The position numbers and the translations under genes are program-made. This document shows, one piece after another, positions 7,882-16,859 of a stretch of 64,000 bases of DNA; the first letter of the stretch is position 1, and every line of letters starts with the position of its first letter. A model generated the notes under the pieces. The model searched no databases. It was not told the DNA's origin and was given only the letters and a program-made list of their open reading frames with translations. Source of the stretch: an uncultured Chitinophagales bacterium (GTDB lineage Bacteria; Bacteroidota; Bacteroidia; Chitinophagales; S012-47); assembly GCA_964422925.1 (NCBI GenBank), contig CAYRDC010000006.1:8854-72853 (forward strand), written 5' to 3'.

Positions 7882-9444
7882 TTATCGCGGGGTTCTTCCG
7901 GAAGAGCCACTGCTTCGTCCGCTGCTCCTGGATCCTCCTGACCGGGAACCGGATGAATAGGATCCTGAATGCGATCCCCGGCTATACGATCCGGAACCGG
8001 AATGATAACTCCGGCCTCCTGAACTGCGGCTATATCCCTGGTTACCCGAAGAATGGTTGCCGCGTCCGCTGTAAGAGGATGAAGAACCGCGAGACCGGCT
8101 CCTTGACCCGGAATTCCGGGAATATGACCTGGAATTGCTGTTACCTTTCGAATAACTCCGGCTATTTTGATGTTTGTTGGACCCCCGGTAACCTGACGAC
8201 CGGTTCTCACTGGAATTATTTCTCACCCGCGGAGGTCGGGATTGATTCCGCGGAGTTTGGTTTTGTTGATTTGTCCTTGGACCCGGTTGGCTGCTCCGGG
8301 GCGGGTTATAATTATGCCGGTCATTACCCTGTGCGGGAGTGCTGTATGAATTCCGGCCCGGTTGGTTGATGCGGTTCCTGTCATCCGGAATTCGGTCAGC
8401 CGGTTTTTCATTGGTACGCACCGGTTGGGAAATATGGTGATCGTTGTCAGGTTCCCCGAGCGGTTTATTCATTTCCGAGGTGGAAAGATGCTCATTCCGG
8501 CCCTCGGTACGGTTATATTCTGTCTGATTCCTGAATTCCCGGTTGGTGGAAGACGGATCGGTACCTGTTCCATTCGTGTTTCCATTTACTACGCCTTCCC
8601 GCACATTGCCTGAAGCATTTTCAAACGGATCTGCACTTCCGCCCTTTTCCATAATCCCTGAACGGCCAGCCCCGATATCTGACTGGCTGCCACCGGAAGT
8701 TTTTCCATATTTAATCTGCGATTGCCCCGTAGTTCTTCCCCCTCCGGTATTGGATCCTAATGAATGACGTGGTCCGTAATAAGTATTTCCGGGTGTTGAA
8801 GTAGTGTTATAATAGCTCCAATTGTAGTTCCCATATCCTGAATTGTAATATCCGTCCCAGTAACCATTGTTATATCCATTCCAATATCCCCAGCCATAGG
8901 AATAATAGGGTGAATACCAAGGGTAATAATAGGAGCTGTACCATCCATAATCATACCATGGCGAGTACCAACCGCCATAATAAGGATAATACCAGCTATA
9001 ATAATATGGTCTGTAATACCACGGTGTGCCCCAGCCGATATAAATGTTCCATCCTGAATACCAGGGATCGTAAGTGTACCAGTAATAATCCGTATAGCAG
9101 CCGCTGTAAAAACTGAATCCTACATAAGGCCTGTGGAACCTGCGGATCCGGGAAGTGTAGTAGAAGTCATAATCATCAAACCAGTCGTCATCGTCATAAT
9201 CGTAATAATTCTCAATGTATGTGTCGCCACCGCCTTGATACGTGTCATCCGCGTCATAATAATCACCAGTCGCATCGGATTCCACAACATCCAGATCATC
9301 TGTAATCACTACATCATCTGCTATATTTTCGTCCGGCACATAATATACATCATCGTAATAAACAGTGCGCCCCTGGTAATAAGTGGTTGTACAGGCGCTG
9401 GTCAGCAGAAGTGCGAGGGCTGAAAGGTAATAAATGGTTTTCAT
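7882..9444 (-). CDS. low-complexity lipoprotein (acidic/Tyr block, Tyr/Trp block, polar linker, Ser/Arg/Gly tail)
   Basis: Uninterrupted 520-codon ORF. It has a signal peptide plus Cys (LLLTSAC). It is the first gene of a two-gene unit closed by a terminator. Competing plus-strand ORFs are short low-complexity mirrors. Confidence 0.7.
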   Translation of the reverse strand: MKTIYYLSALALLLTSACTTTYYQGRTVYYDDVYYVPDENIADDVVITDDLDVVESDATGDYYDADDTYQGGGDTYIENYYDYDDDDWFDDYDFYYTSRIRRFHRPYVGFSFYSGCYTDYYWYTYDPWYSGWNIYIGWGTPWYYRPYYYSWYYPYYGGWYSPWYDYGWYSSYYYPWYSPYYSYGWGYWNGYNNGYWDGYYNSGYGNYNWSYYNTTSTPGNTYYGPRHSLGSNTGGGRTTGQSQIKYGKTSGGSQSDIGAGRSGIMEKGGSADPFENASGNVREGVVNGNTNGTGTDPSSTNREFRNQTEYNRTEGRNEHLSTSEMNKPLGEPDNDHHISQPVRTNEKPADRIPDDRNRINQPGRNSYSTPAQGNDRHNYNPPRSSQPGPRTNQQNQTPRNQSRPPRVRNNSSENRSSGYRGSNKHQNSRSYSKGNSNSRSYSRNSGSRSRSRGSSSSYSGRGNHSSGNQGYSRSSGGRSYHSGSGSYSRGSHSGSYSSGSRSGGSRSSGRSSGSSGRTPR

Positions 9445-9550
9445 CTTACGACTCCTTTTTCTTATGTAATTTTGCCCGTTGGATTCAGGAACGGGGCAGT
9501 TGGTTTAACTGTCATGAATGATTTAGCAAGAACTATTCCAAATTTATAGC

Positions 9551-11026
9551 ATGGCCAAGGAAATCACAAGCAGAGCGGAAGACTATTCCCAGTGGTACAA
9601 TGATTTGGTTATAAAAAGCGGGTTGGCAGACTATTCGGCTGTAAGGGGTTGTATGGTGATAAAACCGCACGGATATGCGATCTGGGAAAAAATGACCCAA
9701 ATCCTGGACAAGAAATTTAAGGAAACAGGACATCAAAACGCGGCTTTCCCCCTGTTCATTCCCAAAAGTTTCCTAAGCAAGGAGGCAGAACACGTAGAAG
9801 GATTTGCCAAAGAATGTGCCGTAGTGACTCATTACCGTTTGAAATATGATGCAAAGAAAAAAGAATTGATCGTAGACCCGGAGGCAAAACTGGAAGAAGA
9901 GCTAATCGTTCGCCCAACATCCGAGACCATCATCTGGAACACTTATAAAAACTGGATCCAATCATACCGAGACCTGCCGTTGCTAATCAACCAGTGGGCC
10001 AATGTGGTTCGCTGGGAGATGCGTACCCGGTTATTCCTGAGAACTTCAGAATTTTTCTGGCAGGAAGGGCATACGGCTCATGCCACCCGGAAAGAAGCGG
10101 AAGAGGAAGCAAAACTTATCCTGAACATTTATTCCGATTTTATTGAAAATCACCTGGCCATTCCCGTGACCAAGGGAATAAAAACACCAAACGAGCGGTT
10201 TGCCGGGGCGGTAGACACCTATACCGTGGAGAGCCTGATGCAGGACGGCAAGGCCCTGCAAATGGGTACATCGCATTTCCTGGGACAGAATTTCGCCAAG
10301 GCTTTTGACGTACAGTTTTTAAGTAAGGAAGGTAAGCTGGAATATGTTTGGGCCACCTCATGGGGGGTATCCACACGGCTGATGGGCGCTTTGGTTATGG
10401 CCCATTCCGATGATGACGGATTGATACTGCCTCCAAAGCTTGCGCCTTACCAGGTAGTCATAGTCCCGATTTACAAGAAAGAAGAACAACTGGGTCAAAT
10501 CCGGGAAAAAGCCGCAGAAATCAGCACGGCCCTGGAAGATAAGGGAATCACGGTCCGGTTTGACGGGGATGACAGCAAAAAACCCGGATGGAAATTTGCC
10601 GAGCATGAATTAAAGGGCGTACCGGTACGCATTGCCATCGGACCCCGTGACCTGGAACAGGGCACCGTGGAAATAGCCCGTAGGGACACCCGTGAAAAAG
10701 CTGTTTACAACCTGGAAGGCCTGGCCGAAAGAATCGAACACTTGTTGAGCGATATACAGGATACCATGTTCCAGAAGGCAAAGGCGTATCGCGATCAGGC
10801 AACTTACCAGGCGGATGACTTTGATACCTTCCGGGAAATCCTGGAAGAAAAAGGCGGTTTTGTATACGCGCATTGGGATGGCAGTACCGAAACTGAACTG
10901 AAAATTAAGGAATTAACCAAGGCTACTATTCGTTGCATTCCCCTGGATGGCGAAGCGGAACCCGGACAATGCATTCTGACAGGCCGACCGTCTGCCAGGC
11001 GCGTGCTGTTTGCCAGGGCATACTAA
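9551..11026 (+). CDS. proS: proline--tRNA ligase (class II, archaeal/eukaryote-like type)
   Basis: Full-length match to my memory of ProRS: N-terminal [35 protein letters not shown], class II motifs, and a C-terminal zinc-type domain ending ARAY. Confidence 0.95.
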   Translation: MAKEITSRAEDYSQWYNDLVIKSGLADYSAVRGCMVIKPHGYAIWEKMTQILDKKFKETGHQNAAFPLFIPKSFLSKEAEHVEGFAKECAVVTHYRLKYDAKKKELIVDPEAKLEEELIVRPTSETIIWNTYKNWIQSYRDLPLLINQWANVVRWEMRTRLFLRTSEFFWQEGHTAHATRKEAEEEAKLILNIYSDFIENHLAIPVTKGIKTPNERFAGAVDTYTVESLMQDGKALQMGTSHFLGQNFAKAFDVQFLSKEGKLEYVWATSWGVSTRLMGALVMAHSDDDGLILPPKLAPYQVVIVPIYKKEEQLGQIREKAAEISTALEDKGITVRFDGDDSKKPGWKFAEHELKGVPVRIAIGPRDLEQGTVEIARRDTREKAVYNLEGLAERIEHLLSDIQDTMFQKAKAYRDQATYQADDFDTFREILEEKGGFVYAHWDGSTETELKIKELTKATIRCIPLDGEAEPGQCILTGRPSARRVLFARAY

Positions 11027-11044
11027 CCAATCAAACCTGCCAAT

Positions 11045-11746
11045 ATGAAAAAGCAAATAGTCGATTCAGGCTCCGAACTCATTACTGAAGCCCTGAAAGA
11101 AAAAGCCTGCCTCAAGCAATCGGTTTACAACAATACCCTTCAGATTTTCGGGGAATTCAAGAAGGCCATGCAGTTAATTGTCCAGGAGCAGCGTGAAAAA
11201 ATCAACCAAATCGACCAGCGGGTGGAAGTGTCTTACCAGGCCAGTGGAGATTTTGAAGCCCAGATTAAGATGGGCGGGGATGTTCTCATCTTCAGCATGC
11301 ACACCAACGTGTTCAATTTTGATGAAAATCATGCTGTCCACAACATGAAATATGTAAAAGACAACCCACTGAATGCCTATTGCGGGATGATCAATATTTA
11401 CAATTTCCTGGCTGACTCCTTTAAATACAACCGGCTGAATGACCTGGGTTATCTTATTGCCCGTATTTTTGTGAACCGGGAAAACCATTTTTTCGTGGAA
11501 GGGAAGCGGCAATTAGGATTCCTCTATAACGATTTTGCTAACGCGGTGATAAATTCCGTGTATGTAAAGGCCATTATCGAATCAGCTATTTTGTACGCCC
11601 TCGAATTTGATCTGCTGGTGCCGCCTTATGATGAGATCAAGGAGATTTCGCTGGGCAATAAACTGCAGCAAAGCGGTTCGGCTATATATAAAACCGGCAA
11701 ACGGCTGGGATTCCATTTCAAAAATGACAACCTCGATATAGGCTGA
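11045..11746 (+). CDS. hypothetical protein (follows proS)
   Basis: 233-aa ORF with ordinary amino-acid composition, starting 18 nt after proS. I recognise no family. Confidence 0.55.
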   Translation: MKKQIVDSGSELITEALKEKACLKQSVYNNTLQIFGEFKKAMQLIVQEQREKINQIDQRVEVSYQASGDFEAQIKMGGDVLIFSMHTNVFNFDENHAVHNMKYVKDNPLNAYCGMINIYNFLADSFKYNRLNDLGYLIARIFVNRENHFFVEGKRQLGFLYNDFANAVINSVYVKAIIESAILYALEFDLLVPPYDEIKEISLGNKLQQSGSAIYKTGKRLGFHFKNDNLDIG

Positions 11747-11747
11747 T

Positions 11748-12260
11748 TCAGAACTTCACCGGCCGGCTTTTCCGTTCGTAAGTCACAAAGGTTATGTCCC
11801 AGGCGTTTTTATCATCCACGGGGAAGAAGTTTTTTTCCCGTGCCAGCCAGTCTTTTTCATCCAGCTTCGGAAAAGTGACATTACCCCCTTTAAAACCGTG
11901 ATGAATATGGGTCAGATATACTTTATGGGCAAAAGGCAGGCCGAGGCGGTAAATCTGCCCGCCCCCGATGATGAAAGCCTCCTCTTCCCCATTCTTTTCG
12001 GCCAGCTTCAATGCTTCCCTCAGAGAGCTTATGACCGTGCATCCTTCCGCTTTGTAATCCGGGTTCCTCGTAATGATTACATTTTTCCGGCCGGGCAAAG
12101 GCTTGCCGAAAGCTTCAAAGGTCTTGCGCCCCTGGATCACATAGTGCCCCATAGTGGTTTTTTTAAAGAACTTCAGGTCGCGGGGCAAATGCCATAGCAT
12201 ATCATAATCCCTGCCCAGGGTGAGGTTTTCATCAACGGCTGCTATCATGCTGACGATCAT
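11748..12260 (-). CDS. folA: dihydrofolate reductase
   Basis: MIVSMIAAVDENLTLGRDYDMLWHLPRDLKFFKKTT ... IIGGGQIY is the classic DHFR pattern. It overlaps the upstream gene by 4 nt. Confidence 0.9.
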   Translation of the reverse strand: MIVSMIAAVDENLTLGRDYDMLWHLPRDLKFFKKTTMGHYVIQGRKTFEAFGKPLPGRKNVIITRNPDYKAEGCTVISSLREALKLAEKNGEEEAFIIGGGQIYRLGLPFAHKVYLTHIHHGFKGGNVTFPKLDEKDWLAREKNFFPVDDKNAWDITFVTYERKSRPVKF

Positions 12261-13639
12261 GGCAATTTCGATTTTGGGAACGGCACGACAAAAGCTTCGC
12301 TGACGCCCTGTGCCTGCAGGACCTTCCGGAACGCAGCGGCAATTTCACGGTTAAGATAAGGCCCAATGATGTAACGATACAGGCCATCATCTCCCCGCAC
12401 GATATTCAGCCGGTTGTTCCATTCGGGCAGGACGACATCCCCGCGGTCCGGTTGGGTGGAAGCAAAAACCTGCACCCCGTAAAGGGTTTTGGCTTTTTTC
12501 CGATCCGGCTTCTTTACCAGCCGGGAAACCGGCAAAACCTGCACCCCCCGGTTATATTTTCCGAGCAGCTGCCTGCTGTCGGTGAAAAATTCAAGGCTTT
12601 TTGCAGCGGCTTCCTCCGGCAGGGCCAGGCTATCGGCTACCACCGGGAAGCTGTCGCCAGGCATGATGTAATAATTCATCTTCCCGTCCCGGTTGTCAAC
12701 AAACACCCAGGTAAGCAGGTACCGGGCATCGGTAAGTTCTACCCGGTCACCGTTTTTCCGGAATTCCACCCAGGCCATTGCCCCTCCGTTGGTGTAGCGC
12801 CTCCGCTGGTTGCTGATGAAATTGCCCAGAGAATAATACACCGCTACTTCCTTTTCTTTCTCCCGGTACCGTACTGTTTTGCGTTCCATCGGCTGGATGA
12901 CATGCGGGTGAGAGCCGATCACCAGGTCCGCTCCGCAAGCAAAGCAAAAATCAGCCAGTTCTTTTTGCTCCGCTGACGGCAGGCGCTGGTACTCCACGCC
13001 CCAGTGCATGGTAACAATGATCAGGTCAGGATCCAGGGCCCTGGCTTTGGCGAGGTCAGCCGCTATTTGTGCCGTATCGATCAGGTTAACAATGGCCGGA
13101 GCCGGCACGGGGTTCCCGTTGATGCCATAGGTATAATTCAGTAAGGCCAACGAAAAGCCGTTTTTGTGCAGGAGCAACGGATAGGCCGTATCCCGTTCAG
13201 CCCGGCTATGGAAAGTGCCCGTATGCGCGATGCCCAGGTCGTCCAGCACATCAAGGGTGCGGATAATGCCTTTGAGCCCCTTGTCGCAGCTGTGGTTATT
13301 GGCAGTGATCAGCAGGTCAAAACCGGCCCGCAGGGCTTCCCGGGCGAATTCATCCGGGGCGCAAAAGTGGGGGTAACCGGTGTATGGCTTCCCAGCCAGG
13401 GTTACTTCCAGGTTGGCCACGGCAATATCGGCCTGTTCTATGAGTGGTTGTACGTATTGGTAATAAGTGGAGTAATCGTAGCTGCCCGTAGCCGGGTTAT
13501 AGGCGGCTTTCAGTTGGGTTTCGTGCTGCATCAGGTCACCTGCAAACAAAAGTCGGAGGGTTTGCACCGAATCCTGCGCCCCGAGCGGGAGGCAGTAAAT
13601 CAACACCCCCAGCAACCATATTTTTCTCACCGGTTTCAT
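12257..13639 (-). CDS. CapA/PGA_cap family metallophosphoesterase-like protein with C-terminal SPOR domain
   Basis: CapA-type motifs: FAGDLMQHE, TANNHSCDKG, VTMHWGVEYQ, IGSHPHVIQP. The last ~75 aa (YGVQVFAST...YRYIIGPYLNREIAAAFRKVLQAQGVSEAFVVPF) look like a SPOR peptidoglycan-binding domain. Confidence 0.8.
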   Translation of the reverse strand: MKPVRKIWLLGVLIYCLPLGAQDSVQTLRLLFAGDLMQHETQLKAAYNPATGSYDYSTYYQYVQPLIEQADIAVANLEVTLAGKPYTGYPHFCAPDEFAREALRAGFDLLITANNHSCDKGLKGIIRTLDVLDDLGIAHTGTFHSRAERDTAYPLLLHKNGFSLALLNYTYGINGNPVPAPAIVNLIDTAQIAADLAKARALDPDLIIVTMHWGVEYQRLPSAEQKELADFCFACGADLVIGSHPHVIQPMERKTVRYREKEKEVAVYYSLGNFISNQRRRYTNGGAMAWVEFRKNGDRVELTDARYLLTWVFVDNRDGKMNYYIMPGDSFPVVADSLALPEEAAAKSLEFFTDSRQLLGKYNRGVQVLPVSRLVKKPDRKKAKTLYGVQVFASTQPDRGDVVLPEWNNRLNIVRGDDGLYRYIIGPYLNREIAAAFRKVLQAQGVSEAFVVPFPKSKLP

Positions 13640-13683
13640 TCCAATGTTTCAAAAATAAGGAATAAGCAACGAGCTGTACGGCA

Positions 13684-14478
13684 TTAAACGGCTATCTGCG
13701 CTTTAATATGCGGCCAGGGATCATAATGCATCAGCTTGAAATCCTCGTACCGGAAACTGAACAATTCTTTTACCTTCGGGTTAATCCACATCGTGGGCAA
13801 TGGCCGGGGGGTGCGGGTAAGCTGCAGCCGGGCCTGCTCCAGGTGGTTCAGGTACAGATGTACATCCCCGAAGGTATGCACAAACTCACCGGGCTTCAGC
13901 CCGGTTACCTGGGCCACCATCATGGTTAGCAACGAATAGGAAGCGATGTTGAAAGGAACACCCAGGAAAGTGTCGGCACTGCGCTGGTACAACTGGCAAC
14001 TCAATTTCCCGTCATTCACATAAAACTGGAACAGGGTATGGCAAGGCGGCAGGGCCATTTTATCGATATCGGCCACATTCCATGCGCTGACGATCATTCT
14101 GCGTGAATGCGGTTTGTTCCGGATCAGGTCAAGCACCCGGCTGATCTGGTCTATGGTGCGCCCGTCCGGAGCCGGCCAGCTCCGCCACTGATGGCCGTAA
14201 ACCGGCCCGAGATTACCTTCTTCATCAGCCCATTCATCCCAGATACTGACGCCATGCTCGTTCAGGAATTTAACATTCGTATCCCCCCGGAGAAACCAAA
14301 GCAATTCGTAGATAATGGACCGGAGGTGAAGCTTTTTGGTAGTGAGGCAGGGAAAACCTTTTGAGAGATCGAACCGCATCTGGTAGCCGAAAAGGCTTAA
14401 CGTGCCGGTACCGGTACGATCTTCCTTGCGGGATCCTTTTTCCAGGATGGTTTCCAGTAACTCAAGATATTGCTGCAT
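13684..14478 (-). CDS. thyA: thymidylate synthase
   Basis: [38 protein letters not shown] ... [13 protein letters not shown] ... is canonical ThyA. Confidence 0.97.
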   Translation of the reverse strand: MQQYLELLETILEKGSRKEDRTGTGTLSLFGYQMRFDLSKGFPCLTTKKLHLRSIIYELLWFLRGDTNVKFLNEHGVSIWDEWADEEGNLGPVYGHQWRSWPAPDGRTIDQISRVLDLIRNKPHSRRMIVSAWNVADIDKMALPPCHTLFQFYVNDGKLSCQLYQRSADTFLGVPFNIASYSLLTMMVAQVTGLKPGEFVHTFGDVHLYLNHLEQARLQLTRTPRPLPTMWINPKVKELFSFRYEDFKLMHYDPWPHIKAQIAV

Positions 14479-14574
14479 ACTTCAAAAGTATTGAATGATG
14501 CGGTTTACCATAAGGAAAGGCTCACGTGGAAATGTTCAAATTGGGATCCCTGCCGCTGAACCCTTTCAATTCGT

Positions 14575-14582
14575 TAGATTTG
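14575..14582 (+). promoter_or_regulatory. Bacteroidota -7 box match (TAGATTTG) upstream of the MMPL gene
   Basis: Exact TAnnTTTG match ending 5 nt before the ATG at 14587. I found no good -33 TTTG. Confidence 0.3.
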
Positions 14583-14586
14583 CCTT

Positions 14587-16854
14587 ATGGAGGTGAAGAG
14601 ACGAAGGCGCTGGGTGGCCGGCCTGTATGCAATGCTGATTGGATTGTCGCTGCTTTCGGTTCTGAATATTCGGTTTGACTTTGATTTTGAAGCATTCCTG
14701 GCTGCCAACGACCCGGACCGGGATTATTATGTAACCTTCAAAAACCAGTTTGAACCCGATGACAACCAAACCCTGGTAGCGCTTGAAAACCACTCCGGGA
14801 TTTTCGATACTGCTTTCCTGGAAAAAGTTGACCGTTTCACCAAGGATTGTCTGGACCTGCCTTATGTGGAAAAGAGTTTTTCGTTAACCAACCTGAAGCG
14901 CCCCCGGATGATAGGCGGGCTTATGGGCACAGTGCCCTATCTGCATATCCGGGGCAGCCGGGAACAAATCCAGCGCGACAGCGTCCGGATTATGTCTGAT
15001 CCCACCCTGCCGGGCCGGTTTGTCAGCTATGACGCCCGTTCTTTAACCGTAGTGTTCAAAACCAAAAACACCCTGAATGCCGGACAATCCGTGGAACTCG
15101 AAGACGCGCTGGCGGATTTATTGAACCGGTATTCATTTGACAACTACCATGTAGCTTCCCGGGCGCATTACCAGGTTTTATTTATCCGGAAAGAAACCCG
15201 CGACTTTTTTCTGTATTCCGGCCTGGCTACCCTGATCATTATCATCATTCTCAGCCTGTCATTCCGCAGGGTCATGGGCGTAGTGATTGCTGTCGGATCC
15301 GTCATTGTCGGAATGATCTTGTTTATGGGATTTTTGGGCGTGGCACAGCCTGTGCTGGACCCGATGAGCACGCTTTTCCCTATCCTGATGGTCATTGTGG
15401 GCATGAGCGATGTAGTGCACATTATGTCCAAATACGTGGAAGAGCTGGACCGCGGGCTGGAATCCCGGCAAGCTATGCGCGTCACCATACGGGAAATCGG
15501 AATGGCCACGCTGCTCACTTCCCTGACCACCGCAGTAGGGTTTACTTCCCTGCTTTCCTCGAACATCCTGCCTATCCGTAAATTCGGTTTGACGGCTGCC
15601 GCGGGAGTTATTATCGCTTTTATTACGGTTATCACGCTGACCACCACCCTGCTTACCTGGTTTAGCCGCGATCAACTCATAAGCCTGAAGCACAGCCAAA
15701 ATAATTGGAAAAAGCTTACCGGTTGGATCCACCGGTTTACCCTTACCAATGTCCGGGGCATCGGAATAGGAACGTTGCTTCTGCTGGTTCTTTGCATTGT
15801 CGGAGTCATGCGTATCAGCGGCAACATACACATGGAGAACAGTTTCCCGAAAATGGAAAAGGTTCACCGGGATTTCCGGTTTTTTGAACACCATATGGGC
15901 GGAATCAGGCCATTTGAAATGGCCGCTTTGGCCAAAGGCAGGTACAGTATGGACGATTATGAGCTGATGCGCGATATGGACCGGCTGCAAACTTTCCTGG
16001 AAAAAGAAACCGAATTGAATTCCGTTATTTCCCCGGCTGTGCTGTACCGTACCCTGAATTGCGGGCTCCATGGGGATAATCCGGAATATTACAAATTCCC
16101 GGAAAGCCAGGTCGAATTTGAAAAATACCGGAAACTGCTAAAGCGGGCGCCTTTTACGCAATTAAATGTTTTGCTAAACGAAAAACACACCATGGGGCGC
16201 ATTACCGCCCGTTACCTGGACCACGGATCGGATGCCGGCTTTGCCCTGCGCGACAGCATCAACCGATGGGTTCATAAAAACCTGGACACGCGGAAAGCAG
16301 AATACCGCCACACCGGCATTTCCCTGCTACTCGACAAAAACGGGGTGAATATCCGGTACAATATGTTCCGCGGCCTGGCCATTGCTTTCCTGGCTGTCAG
16401 CCTGATTATGGCCTTGCTGTTCCGTGACCTAAAAATGGTACTCATATCCCTGATTCCCAACATTATTCCCATACTTATTGGCGGAGCCGTAGTTGGGTTT
16501 TTCAATATCGAGATGGATGCCCCCGCTTCCATCAATTTTGCCGTGGCTTTTGGCATCGCAGTGGATGATACCATTCATTTCCTCACCAGGTACCGACTCG
16601 AAAAACGAAAGGGAAAATCAAATATCGAAGCTATAGAAATCACTTTCCGCGAAACAGGCAAAGCCATCATTTTAACTTCCATCATCCTGTTTTTCGGGTT
16701 TGGCATATTGATCACTTCCAATTACCCGCCCACCTACACCATCGGGCTACTGATAACCATTACCCTGTCGAGTGCTCTGGTGGCAGACCTGCTGCTGACC
16801 CCGGTTTTGATTTATGCCCTGAAAGGGAAAAACGGAAAGAAGAAAACGGCCTGA
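14587..16854 (+). CDS. MMPL/RND-superfamily transporter (two 6-TM bundles, SSD-like)
   Basis: 755 aa with two hydrophobic blocks separated by a soluble loop. FPILMVIVGMSDVVHI and AFGIAVDDTIHFLTRY are typical of MMPL/HpnN-like exporters. Confidence 0.85.
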   Translation: MEVKRRRRWVAGLYAMLIGLSLLSVLNIRFDFDFEAFLAANDPDRDYYVTFKNQFEPDDNQTLVALENHSGIFDTAFLEKVDRFTKDCLDLPYVEKSFSLTNLKRPRMIGGLMGTVPYLHIRGSREQIQRDSVRIMSDPTLPGRFVSYDARSLTVVFKTKNTLNAGQSVELEDALADLLNRYSFDNYHVASRAHYQVLFIRKETRDFFLYSGLATLIIIIILSLSFRRVMGVVIAVGSVIVGMILFMGFLGVAQPVLDPMSTLFPILMVIVGMSDVVHIMSKYVEELDRGLESRQAMRVTIREIGMATLLTSLTTAVGFTSLLSSNILPIRKFGLTAAAGVIIAFITVITLTTTLLTWFSRDQLISLKHSQNNWKKLTGWIHRFTLTNVRGIGIGTLLLLVLCIVGVMRISGNIHMENSFPKMEKVHRDFRFFEHHMGGIRPFEMAALAKGRYSMDDYELMRDMDRLQTFLEKETELNSVISPAVLYRTLNCGLHGDNPEYYKFPESQVEFEKYRKLLKRAPFTQLNVLLNEKHTMGRITARYLDHGSDAGFALRDSINRWVHKNLDTRKAEYRHTGISLLLDKNGVNIRYNMFRGLAIAFLAVSLIMALLFRDLKMVLISLIPNIIPILIGGAVVGFFNIEMDAPASINFAVAFGIAVDDTIHFLTRYRLEKRKGKSNIEAIEITFRETGKAIILTSIILFFGFGILITSNYPPTYTIGLLITITLSSALVADLLLTPVLIYALKGKNGKKKTA

Positions 16855-16859
16855 CGGTT

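Noticed and set aside
8806-9423. Plus-strand ORFs 8910-9116 and 9133-9423 (and 7953-8369) inside the low-complexity gene.
   Set aside because: They are mirror-image low-complexity translations (I/V/N/T-rich) of the Tyr/Asp codon runs. They are fragmented, whereas the minus-strand frame is continuous for 520 codons with a signal peptide.
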